Shown here: one piece after another, positions 38,315 through 46,890 of the stretch
Layout of the letters: every line of letters begins with the position of its first letter
Numbering within the stretch: the first letter of the stretch is position 1
Source of the DNA: Bacteroidota bacterium
Lineage (GTDB): Bacteria; Bacteroidota; Bacteroidia; Cytophagales; Spirosomataceae
Length of the DNA: 64,000 bases
Direction of reading: 5' to 3'
Assembly (NCBI GenBank): GCA_046046955.1
Contig: JBJOIV010000002.1
Location: 1,102-65,101, forward strand
Program-made: the position numbers and the translations under genes
The notes under the pieces: model-generated
What the model was told of the DNA's origin: nothing
What the model saw: only the letters and a program-made list of their open reading frames with translations
The model's database searches: none

Positions 38315-41139
38315 TGCTAGAAACTTTTTTAGGTAAAACGGCGGATCACCTCTTTCAGGCTCATGGCATGGAAGGTCTGAAGGATATTGCCGTGGTGATG
38401 CCCTCGCAACGGGGTATCCTGTACCTAAAAAAGGAGTTGGCCTTCAAGGGAGATAGACCTTTTCTTTCTCCCTCTTTTTTTACGATTGAAGAATTTGCGC
38501 TGCAGATGTCGGATTCCATTCTGGAGGATCCGATTGATTTGTTATTTGAGGCCTATGCCTGTTTCAAGGAGGTAGATCCTAAAATTGATTTCGATCGATT
38601 TGTTACTTGGGGACAATTGATGTTGAAGGATTTTGACACACTTGATCTCTACTTAGTGGATCCAGCGTCTTTGTTTTCTTTTTTATCGGAGGCCAAATCA
38701 ATTGAACGATGGGGGAAGGAATTTGGAGAGGATCAGGCGGAAGGTTGGATTACACCGAATACGCAGGCCTATTTTAAATTATATGATTCCCTATTAGAGG
38801 TCTACATACGCCTAAAAAGTCGATTAGAAGCGAAAGGAACCACGTATCGAGGTTTAGCTTACCGCAAATTGGTGGAGCTGTTAGAGGCGGGTAAGTCCCT
38901 CGGATTTAAGCAGATTTATTTCGTCGGATTTAATGCCTTGTCTAAATCGGAGGAGACGATTATTCGAATGCTGTTGCGTGAGAATGTGGGGCAGACGCTT
39001 TGGGATGTAGATGAATATTACATCAAAAATAAGCACCACCGGGCGGGTAATTGGTTGAGAGACTATTCGAATCCAGCGAATCCAGCTTATTTATCTCGGG
39101 GGGCCTTTCATTGGATGGGTCGTGATCTAGTAGATAATCCAAAACAGGTGGAAATACTTGCTTTAGCGAATCCATCTGCTCAGATTTTTGTCGCTTTAGA
39201 GCAAATTCGTACCTGGCAAGCAGCGCATGGAGAGCTAGAGCAAGTGGCACTCGTATTAGGGGATGAGAGCCTTCTGGATTCTTTGATGCCTTATTTAGGG
39301 GAATTTAAGGATCGTTTGAACATTACGATGGGCTATTCCTTGAAGAAATCACAGGTTTTTTCTTTGATTGACCTATGGTGGTCATTCATCCCTTTGGAGA
39401 AATACCCAGTCTCCTTGCTTAAATCGTTGAAAGAACATCCCTTAATGCAGGGGATTCCACTGCCTACTTGGAAGGAAACTGATTTATATCTTTCAGCTTT
39501 TCCTGCTAATTCTAACGTCTTTATTCCGGCTGATGCTAGTTTTCAGGCCTGCCTAAAAGCGCTGATTAGCTTATTAAACAGTATTTTATACAAAACGGAT
39601 AAGGACGATTGGGATGCGGAGTCGCATGCCGTTTTGCAAGCTTTAACGGTCTTAGATAAGTTAGAGGAATTAGCCGATACGCATACGTTTATTTCGGTCA
39701 AAAGTGGTCAGGCGCTTTGTAAGCAGCTTTTACAACAGCAAAAATTGACCTTTGAGGGCGCCGAAAAGCGATCCTTGCATGTGATGGGTCTATTGGAAAC
39801 AAGAACCTTGGATTTTGATCGCGTGATTGTTTTATCCTTGAATGAGGGAAGTTTACCAGGAACGCGCAAAAGAGAAAGTTTAATACCTGTCGACATCGCG
39901 AATATGGCGGCTTTTTCACTGCCTACGTTCACCCAAGCAGATGCGGTGACGAGTTACCACTTTTACCGCCTGTTGCAAAGACCGAAGGAGGTTGTCCTAG
40001 TCTATGTCCAAAACGAATCATCTTCGGCTGAAGTGAGTCGTTTTATTCGCCAAATCCGGTATGACTGGGTAAAGGCAAATCCACATTTGAAATTATCTGA
40101 GCCGGCCATCAAATTTAGTTCTTCCGTCCAAAAGGAAAACGAAGTGACTTTGCGTATCGAAAAAACTCCGGAATTGATCGCTCAAATCCGTGGAATTCTC
40201 GAAAAAAGGGGACTTTCTCCTTCTTCCGTGGCCATGTTTTCGAGTTGTTCCTTGAAATATTATTTCTCTCAAATTGTCAATTTGCAACAAGAAAAACAGC
40301 GAGATGATGAGATGGGAGCTGATGTTTTTGGAACCTGGGTGCATAAAGTCTTGGAATTGCTCGATAAAGAATTGATTAGCATAGGTGGGCTTGAGAGTTC
40401 TCTTTCTGTTGAAAAGAAAAAAGAATTGATTGCCCCGCTTTTAGAGAAAGCGATGGAGGATATTCACGAGCGAGAGGGGAATTTTGAGATAGAAAAAGGA
40501 TTTAATTACGTACTTCAGGAGGTGGCCAAAACCTTGTTAGGGAATTACTTCGAAGAATCTGCTTCCTGGTATCCCGAGGAAATTAAACTCCTCGCAGTGG
40601 AACAACAAGTGGAAACATTCGTTTCAGTGCCTGTAGGCAATGAATCGTGGTCCATACGCATGAAAGGCCGGATAGATCGCTTGGATTTTAAAGGAGGCTC
40701 CGTATTGCGTATTGTGGATTACAAGACGGGTAAAGTAGTGAAACAAGACGTGGATGCAGGTGACAGTCTAGCTGTAACGCTACGCGAAGAGGAGTTGAAG
40801 ACAAAGCTTTTTCAGCTGTGGATGTACAAGTTTTTAGTGGCCAAAGAATTACAAAAATCACCTGCGGATCGAAACGAATTTTTACGAAGTCTACCCTCGG
40901 ATAGAATTGAATTAGAGCCTGGAATCATATCTTTCCGAAACTTTGCGGGCAAACTTATTTCTAGCTCTTTGGAATTTTCTGAAGGAGAATCAGTCGAGGC
41001 ATTTTTACAAGAATCGGAAGAGGTAGTCAGTTTTTGGGTGAATAAACTCGTCTCAACGGATTCCGTTTTTGAGAAAACAGTCAATATGGATCAGTGTACC
41101 TACTGTGACTTTACGTCAATTTGCCATCGAAACGTGTAG
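38314..41139 (+). CDS. AddB-like PD-(D/E)XK nuclease
   Basis: GFNAL, VMGLLETRTLDF, GRIDRLD, IVDYKTG and C-terminal CTYCDF..IC. TAATG coupling to the GMC gene. Confidence 0.9.
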   Translation: MLETFLGKTADHLFQAHGMEGLKDIAVVMPSQRGILYLKKELAFKGDRPFLSPSFFTIEEFALQMSDSILEDPIDLLFEAYACFKEVDPKIDFDRFVTWGQLMLKDFDTLDLYLVDPASLFSFLSEAKSIERWGKEFGEDQAEGWITPNTQAYFKLYDSLLEVYIRLKSRLEAKGTTYRGLAYRKLVELLEAGKSLGFKQIYFVGFNALSKSEETIIRMLLRENVGQTLWDVDEYYIKNKHHRAGNWLRDYSNPANPAYLSRGAFHWMGRDLVDNPKQVEILALANPSAQIFVALEQIRTWQAAHGELEQVALVLGDESLLDSLMPYLGEFKDRLNITMGYSLKKSQVFSLIDLWWSFIPLEKYPVSLLKSLKEHPLMQGIPLPTWKETDLYLSAFPANSNVFIPADASFQACLKALISLLNSILYKTDKDDWDAESHAVLQALTVLDKLEELADTHTFISVKSGQALCKQLLQQQKLTFEGAEKRSLHVMGLLETRTLDFDRVIVLSLNEGSLPGTRKRESLIPVDIANMAAFSLPTFTQADAVTSYHFYRLLQRPKEVVLVYVQNESSSAEVSRFIRQIRYDWVKANPHLKLSEPAIKFSSSVQKENEVTLRIEKTPELIAQIRGILEKRGLSPSSVAMFSSCSLKYYFSQIVNLQQEKQRDDEMGADVFGTWVHKVLELLDKELISIGGLESSLSVEKKKELIAPLLEKAMEDIHEREGNFEIEKGFNYVLQEVAKTLLGNYFEESASWYPEEIKLLAVEQQVETFVSVPVGNESWSIRMKGRIDRLDFKGGSVLRIVDYKTGKVVKQDVDAGDSLAVTLREEELKTKLFQLWMYKFLVAKELQKSPADRNEFLRSLPSDRIELEPGIISFRNFAGKLISSSLEFSEGESVEAFLQESEEVVSFWVNKLVSTDSVFEKTVNMDQCTYCDFTSICHRNV

Positions 41140-41181
41140 TTTGATGAAAATGACTTATTTTTGACCTTTAATTATATAATC

Positions 41182-41466
41182 ATGACATTTCAAGAAATCA
41201 ACGAACGTATTATTGCTTTAGCTGCTGAAAAAGGTGGCCAAGGAGTCTCATTTAAATTTGCTTTCCCAGGTGGAATCATTGTTGTTGGAGCTGATGGGTC
41301 CGTTTCTAATGAGAATTTAGATTCAGATTGCACAATCTCGACGACGGAAGAAACCTTTACTTCTATTTTAAAAGGAGATTTAAACTCCATGATGGCAGTA
41401 ATGACGGGTAAGGTGAAAATTTCAGGCGACATGTCTGTTGCGATGAAATTGACGAACTTATTGTAA
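41182..41466 (+). CDS. SCP2 sterol-binding domain protein
   Basis: DCTI, GDLNSMMAVMTGKVKISGDM..AMKL. Confidence 0.9.
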   Translation: MTFQEINERIIALAAEKGGQGVSFKFAFPGGIIVVGADGSVSNENLDSDCTISTTEETFTSILKGDLNSMMAVMTGKVKISGDMSVAMKLTNLL

Positions 41467-41469
41467 TCC

Positions 41470-42831
41470 ATGAATTTTAGCGATACCATTGTTGCCTTAG
41501 CTACGCCTGCAGGGGTAGGAGCGATCGGGGTCATACGTCTTTCGGGAGATCGAGCAATCGAGATCGTGAATAAGGTATTTCAGCCCAAAGACCTCTCTAT
41601 CCAAGCCTCTCATACGATTCATTACGGTCGTATCGAGTCAGCAGGCCGTGTCTATGACGAAGTGGTCGCTAGTTTATACATTGCACCTCGCTCTTATACG
41701 AAGGAAAATGTGGTCGAAATTTCCTGCCACGGTTCCCCGTTCATCCAAGAGAGTATCCTTCAATTGTTTGTGGAACAAGGGGCTCGCTTCGCTCGCCCCG
41801 GCGAATTCACGCAGCGTGCCTTCCTAAACGGCGCTTTCGACTTAGCACAAGCTGAAGCCGTAGCTGATGTCATCGCTGCAGACTCCGCTGCCGCCCAAAA
41901 TGCCGCACTACACCAATTACGCGGTGGTTTTTCGAAAGAATTAGCTGCCTTGCGAGAGGAACTAATCCATTTTGCTTCACTAATCGAACTCGAATTAGAT
42001 TTCGGTGAAGAGGATGTGGAATTTGCAGATCGCCAAGATTTAGAAGATTTGGTGAATCAATTATTAGCAAACATTCGACCTTTGGTGGCTAGTTTCAGAA
42101 CTGGAAATGCAGTTAAGAATGGTGTGGCTACGGTTATCGTAGGTAAACCCAATGCCGGCAAATCGACCTTGCTAAATGCCTTATTGAATGAGGATCGTGC
42201 CATTGTTTCGGATATCGCTGGAACGACGCGCGATTCATTAGAGGACGAATGGACGTTAGGTGGAATCAAATTTCGCTTAGTCGATACAGCTGGATTGCGC
42301 GAGACAACGGATGTTATCGAGGCACTAGGAGTGGAGAGAACACAGGCTTGGGTAAAAAAGGCCCAGGTGGTGATTTATATGGCCGATGCTACTTCAGAAA
42401 CGCCGGCAGGTTTCGCAGCCGGTGTGGAAGCACTAGGTCAGCTGGATATTCCCGTGATTAAATTGTTGAATAAGGTGGATCAGATTTCTGATTTGTCAAC
42501 ATTTCAAGCAGCTATCCCTGATTTGATTGCCATTTCTGCCAAAAATCGTTCCGGACTTAAAGATCTTGAAAGCGCATTATTAAACGTGGTGGGTTTAGAT
42601 CAAGTAAGTACCAGCGGTACTTTAGTGACTAATCTTCGTCACTATCAGCAGCTTTTACAAACGCAAGAAACCTTAGAAGGCGTTCTTGCGGCCTTAAAGA
42701 CAGGTTTAACCGGTGATCTCATCGCACAAGACCTTCGCTATGCCCTTCATCATCTAGGTGAAATTACGGGTCAGATCTCTAATGATGATTTGCTGAAGAA
42801 TATTTTTGGGAAGTTTTGTATCGGCAAATAA
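41470..42831 (+). CDS. mnmE: tRNA uridine-5-carboxymethylaminomethyl(34) synthesis GTPase
   Basis: DTIVALAT, GKPNAGKS, GTTRD, DTAG and C-terminal FCIGK. Confidence 0.98.
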   Translation: MNFSDTIVALATPAGVGAIGVIRLSGDRAIEIVNKVFQPKDLSIQASHTIHYGRIESAGRVYDEVVASLYIAPRSYTKENVVEISCHGSPFIQESILQLFVEQGARFARPGEFTQRAFLNGAFDLAQAEAVADVIAADSAAAQNAALHQLRGGFSKELAALREELIHFASLIELELDFGEEDVEFADRQDLEDLVNQLLANIRPLVASFRTGNAVKNGVATVIVGKPNAGKSTLLNALLNEDRAIVSDIAGTTRDSLEDEWTLGGIKFRLVDTAGLRETTDVIEALGVERTQAWVKKAQVVIYMADATSETPAGFAAGVEALGQLDIPVIKLLNKVDQISDLSTFQAAIPDLIAISAKNRSGLKDLESALLNVVGLDQVSTSGTLVTNLRHYQQLLQTQETLEGVLAALKTGLTGDLIAQDLRYALHHLGEITGQISNDDLLKNIFGKFCIGK

Positions 42832-42856
42832 TTTCTGCGCAGCAGAAATTATTTGC
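42824..42856. repeat. Perfect 15-bp inverted repeat overlapping the mnmE stop
   Basis: GCAAATAATTTCTGC-gca-GCAGAAATTATTTGC. Confidence 0.95.
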
Positions 42857-43024
42857 AAAGTTCAAAGATCAAAGTTCAAAGAGCAAAGTTGGTATCGCCT
42901 GCGGCGATGCAATAAGTCGCCTTCGGCTTAGTAAAAAAGTCCGAAGGTTCAGATTAGAGATAAGAGAGTAGAGAGAATAGAGTAGAGAGTAAAGATTAAA
43001 GCGTCGAGATTTTAATATAGAGAT
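42856..43024. repeat. Heptamer tandem arrays and small hairpins, site 3
   Basis: 5x CAAAGNN (42856-42890), GTATCGCC-tgc-GGCGATGC, and about 8-9 TAGAGAG-like units (42955-43024). Confidence 0.92.
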
Positions 43025-43108
43025 TAAGACTCATCATTCGTCAAAAATATGACGTAGGCCATTTTTAAGAATGGTGAGTCTTAATATGGCGTAGACCATT
43101 TTCAAATG
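43023..43108. repeat. 17-bp inverted repeat interleaved with two GTAG-hairpin (REP-like) direct repeats
   Basis: ATTAAGACTCATCATTC(43023-43039)/GAATGGTGAGTCTTAAT(43069-43085); AATATGRCGTAGRCCATTTT at 43046 and 43083. Confidence 0.75.
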
Positions 43109-43124
43109 GGACTTCGAAATAGTT

Positions 43125-44555
43125 CTAAAACAAGTCATTAAACTTAAACCCATCAGTCAACCTCTCTTTGCCAAGCTTCTGGTACTCCGCTAGCGCCCAC
43201 AGCACAAATTCCTTCAAGAACAATTTATCTGCTGCCTCAACATTTGGTTGGTAGCGTACGATCAATTCCTCCAAAGGCTTGATATCATTCAAAGTCGAAG
43301 CATAATCCACCGCATTGCATTCATCGTATAAAACCACACCTCCTTCGGCATAAACTGCTTCCATCAACACGGCATAAGGACTTTCTTCGATTTTCTTTGA
43401 TAGCTTTTCAATCTTAGGGAATAGGCCTGGGAAGAATGATTTGATGGCAGAGCCAATCAATTGTTCAGCGACAAATGCAGCGCCTTCTTGCTCACCTTCG
43501 TAGACTAATTCTACCTTTCCTGTGATGGCTGGGATGATTCCCATGAAATCTGCTAAACGAACAGTCGTTTTTGACTCCTTATTTAACAAGGCACGTCTTT
43601 CTGCTGTACTCACTAAACTTTCTAGCATGGAGATACTCATACGTGCACTGACCCCACTTTTGGAATCAATATATTCACTTTCTCTTGCTTCGAAAATGAT
43701 TTGTTCTAATAGATCATAGGCAAGGCTTGGTACATAAACTCGATCAGACTGGGCTGAATTTATTCGTGCCTCTTGAGATGAAATCTTGCGCGCAATTGCG
43801 ATAGTTTCTGGATAATGGGTCAAAATTTGAGAGCCAATACGGTCCTTCAAAGGAGTCACAATACTTCCTCTATTTGTATAATCTTCTGGATTCGCCGTGA
43901 AGATGAATTGAAGATCTAAAGGTAAACGCAATTTGAAACCACGAATTTGGATATCACCTTCTTGAAGAATGTTGAATAGAGCTACCTGAATACGAGCCTG
44001 TAAATCTGGAATTTCATTGATCACGAAGATGCAACGGTTCGCCCGAGGAATCATCCCAAAGTGAATCACGCGGTCATCCGCATAGGATAATTTCAAATTA
44101 GCCGCTTTGATCGGATCCACATCACCGATTAAATCAGCCACTGTTACATCTGGAGTGGCTAATTTCTCAGCAAAACGATCAGAACGGTGTAACCAAGCGA
44201 TAGGTGTTGCATCGCCTTGTGCAGCGATTAAATCCTGTGCGAAACGAGAAATAGGGGCCAAAGGATCATCATTAATCTCTGAACCAGCTACGTAAGGAAT
44301 GTATTCGTCTAATAAGTTGACCATTAAACGTGCTAGACGTGTTTTTGCCTGACCTCTTAAGCCTAATAAGTTGATGTTATGGCGAGATAAGATCGCGCGC
44401 TCTAATTCAGGAATAACGGAGTTTTCAAACCCGTGAACACCTTCGAAAACGGTCGTTCCCGCCTCCATGTGGGCGATTAGGTTATCTCTTAATTCGTCTT
44501 TAATGGATTTACTAACATAGCCTGAGGCCTTTAATTCACCTAAATTCTTGATCAT
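43125..44555 (-). CDS. Magnesium-chelatase-like AAA+ ATPase
   Basis: GLRGQAKT Walker A, EKLATPD and TANPEDYTNRG motifs. Confidence 0.88.
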   Translation of the reverse strand: MIKNLGELKASGYVSKSIKDELRDNLIAHMEAGTTVFEGVHGFENSVIPELERAILSRHNINLLGLRGQAKTRLARLMVNLLDEYIPYVAGSEINDDPLAPISRFAQDLIAAQGDATPIAWLHRSDRFAEKLATPDVTVADLIGDVDPIKAANLKLSYADDRVIHFGMIPRANRCIFVINEIPDLQARIQVALFNILQEGDIQIRGFKLRLPLDLQFIFTANPEDYTNRGSIVTPLKDRIGSQILTHYPETIAIARKISSQEARINSAQSDRVYVPSLAYDLLEQIIFEARESEYIDSKSGVSARMSISMLESLVSTAERRALLNKESKTTVRLADFMGIIPAITGKVELVYEGEQEGAAFVAEQLIGSAIKSFFPGLFPKIEKLSKKIEESPYAVLMEAVYAEGGVVLYDECNAVDYASTLNDIKPLEELIVRYQPNVEAADKLFLKEFVLWALAEYQKLGKERLTDGFKFNDLF

Positions 44556-44556
44556 C

Positions 44557-45666
44557 TTATTTCAGTCTTTTCTTTCTATTCGTTTCGTAATCTTGGAAAA
44601 TCATTTCCCCTAAGCCCTTCAGGCCCGTATAAAAGGCTTTTCCTTGGTTTGCTTCGGTAAATTTGTCCACAAATTGCTGCAGGTAGGAATCCCTGGCAAT
44701 CATAAACGTGGTAATAGGAATGTGTAATTTACGTGCCTGCGCCGCCTGGGTGTAACATTTTTCGGTCACATAGGGATCTAGGCCATTACTGTTCATATAA
44801 TAGGATCCGTCTTTTTCCCGAACACAGCTCGGTTTTCCATCAGTAATCATAAATATCTGTTTGTTGGTATTTCGCTTTCTGCGCAGAATATCCATCGCTA
44901 ATTGCAGCCCAGCCACCGTATTCGTGTGGTAGGGTCCTACTTTCAAATAGGGAATATCTTTGATGGAGATGCTCCAGGCATCGTTTCCGAAAACCAGAAT
45001 ATCGATGGTATCTTTTGGGTAGCGAGTTGTGATGAGTTCTGCCAAAGCCATGGCCACTTTCTTCGCTGGCGTAATCCGATCCTCTCCATACAAAATCATG
45101 GAGTGGCTGATGTCGATCATTAACACGGTACTCATTTGGGACTTAAACTGGGTATCTTCAACCACTAAATCCTCTTCAGTCAGCTCGAATTCACCAATTC
45201 CGTGATTGATTTGGGCGTTTTTTAAACTCTCCGTAAGTGAGATCTTTTCTAAACTATCGCCAAAATGATACGACCTAAATTCTCCAGTCATTTCATCACC
45301 TTGACCTGAAGCCTTGGTTTTGTGATTACCAGATCCACTTTTATTTAAGTTCCCGAAGATATTCTCTAATGCTGTTTGGCGTATTGCTCGCTCTGTTTTG
45401 GCCGTAATACCCATCCCAGAACCTCCATTCTCGTCTATTTCTTCGCGGATATAACCTTTTGCCTTTAAATCTTCAATGAAATCCTCAATGGTATAATGCT
45501 CATCCGTCAGCTCGTATTCCTTGTCTAATTCGCGCAACCATTCGATTGCCTCATCAAAATCCCCCGACGTATGTGTAATTAATTCCTTGAAAATCCCGAA
45601 AAGCTTATCAAAAGGGGAGATGCTTTTCTCCTCAAACTCCTTAAAATAAAATCCCTTTTTATGCAT
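44557..45666 (-). CDS. vWA-domain protein, partner of the AAA+ ATPase
   Basis: MIDAS DISHSM, ITDGKPS. Probable start ATG 45666. Confidence 0.88.
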   Translation of the reverse strand: MHKKGFYFKEFEEKSISPFDKLFGIFKELITHTSGDFDEAIEWLRELDKEYELTDEHYTIEDFIEDLKAKGYIREEIDENGGSGMGITAKTERAIRQTALENIFGNLNKSGSGNHKTKASGQGDEMTGEFRSYHFGDSLEKISLTESLKNAQINHGIGEFELTEEDLVVEDTQFKSQMSTVLMIDISHSMILYGEDRITPAKKVAMALAELITTRYPKDTIDILVFGNDAWSISIKDIPYLKVGPYHTNTVAGLQLAMDILRRKRNTNKQIFMITDGKPSCVREKDGSYYMNSNGLDPYVTEKCYTQAAQARKLHIPITTFMIARDSYLQQFVDKFTEANQGKAFYTGLKGLGEMIFQDYETNRKKRLK

Positions 45667-45723
45667 AGACTTTAAACCATAGAGGCGCTTTAATTGTTCA
45701 AATAAACAGCTAAATTTGATAAA

Positions 45724-46392
45724 ATGAGTGACCAAATTATCTCTTTTCGATTTTTATCTTTCCAAGGCTTCGCTAACAAGCGTTTTGCCTTCGCTGAAAT
45801 GGGTCGCTCTTTCGTTAACAGCTGGAAATCCGATGGCCTTTCTTTTGCGAAACATTTAGGTGTAGGCGCGGGTAATGGCTTCTCCATTTGGCCTGACTTT
45901 TCCACTTATGCCTTCCTCGGCGTTTTCGAAAACCAAGCTGCTTCTGATTATTTTTTCAAGACAAACGAGCGTTGGTTACGCCTTTCCTCCCATTCATCTG
46001 CTACGCAAGGCTGGGATGCCGTTGCTATCAAAGGCCATGGAACTTGGAATGGATCGAATCCCTTTTCCATTGTGGAAGACCCTGGAAATGGACCGCTATT
46101 AGTGATGACTCGCGCGAGTATTGTGTGGTATAAATCGCCCATTTTCTGGTTTTATGTCTCTCACGCGAGTAAATACTTGGAGAATCGGGCAGGCTTATTG
46201 TTTGCCAAAGGCGTAGGCGAATTTCCCCTCATCGAACAGGCTACCCTGAGTCTTTGGGACTCGTCAGAAAATCTAGATTCATTTGCTTATAAGAGCAAGG
46301 AACACAAGCCTATGATTAAGAAGACAAGGACGATTGGGTGGTATTCGGAAGAACTATTTACACGGTTTCGTGTGGTTAGGGTTTTAGATTAG
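45724..46392 (+). CDS. CrtA-like (spheroidene monooxygenase / carotenoid hydroxylase) ABM-type protein
   Basis: G.G.GFS..PD, GHG.W.G, TRASI, GVGEFP..EQAT.S.W and EELF.RF motifs. Confidence 0.8.
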   Translation: MSDQIISFRFLSFQGFANKRFAFAEMGRSFVNSWKSDGLSFAKHLGVGAGNGFSIWPDFSTYAFLGVFENQAASDYFFKTNERWLRLSSHSSATQGWDAVAIKGHGTWNGSNPFSIVEDPGNGPLLVMTRASIVWYKSPIFWFYVSHASKYLENRAGLLFAKGVGEFPLIEQATLSLWDSSENLDSFAYKSKEHKPMIKKTRTIGWYSEELFTRFRVVRVLD

Positions 46393-46504
46393 AGAGTATA
46401 GAGTAGAGAGTATAGATGTTTCTCGACAATCTTTTTATCGCCTACCTATAATCTCTACTCTCTTATCTCTACTCTATACTCTATACTCTCTACTCTCTAC
46501 TCTA
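46390..46504. repeat. Heptamer tandem arrays, site 4 (opposing)
   Basis: TAGAGAG-TATAGAG-TAGAGAG-TATAGAT starting at the TAG stop (46390-46417); inverted about 8x CTCTCTA/CTCTATA (46444-46499). Confidence 0.92.
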
Positions 46505-46541
46505 CGATTCGATAAAAATGCCTTGCATTTTTATCGAATCG
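46505..46541. repeat. Perfect 17-bp inverted repeat overlapping the P-II gene 3' end
   Basis: CGATTCGATAAAAATGC-ctt-GCATTTTTATCGAATCG. Confidence 0.95.
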
Positions 46542-46872
46542 CTTCAATCCCCCTCGTCCTCGTACGAATCCGGATTGCATCCTGCACGTCATAAACGAAG
46601 ATTTTGCCGTCTCCCACGTTGCCCTCTGAAGCATTGTCGAGGATGACATCTAGGCATTTTTCGAGGTTTTCATCGCTTACGACACAGATGATCATCACCT
46701 TTGGCAATAAGATCATCGACTTCTCTGTACCGCGGTATATTTCTGAATAACCTTGCTGTAAACCGGCTCCACGAACGGGAACAACGGTCATACAAGGAAT
46801 ATCTGCATCGATCAAGCCTTTTTGAATAGCTTTTAATTTCGATGGTTTTACAATGGCTTCTACCTTTTTCAT
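46531..46872 (-). CDS. P-II family nitrogen regulatory protein (GlnB/GlnK)
   Basis: MKKVEAIVKP, YRG T-loop, GDGKIFV and RIRT motifs. Confidence 0.95.
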   Translation of the reverse strand: MKKVEAIVKPSKLKAIQKGLIDADIPCMTVVPVRGAGLQQGYSEIYRGTEKSMILLPKVMIICVVSDENLEKCLDVILDNASEGNVGDGKIFVYDVQDAIRIRTRTRGIEAIR

Positions 46873-46890
46873 ATCGTTCTTATTTAGCTA

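Noticed and set aside
38314-41139. PD-(D/E)XK nuclease as a defence system or Cas4
   Set aside because: Size and motifs match the housekeeping AddB-like family, and there are no defence neighbours.
43046-43108. Possible mini-CRISPR (20-bp direct repeat)
   Set aside because: Only two copies, the 17-nt spacer is too short, and there are no cas genes in the window.
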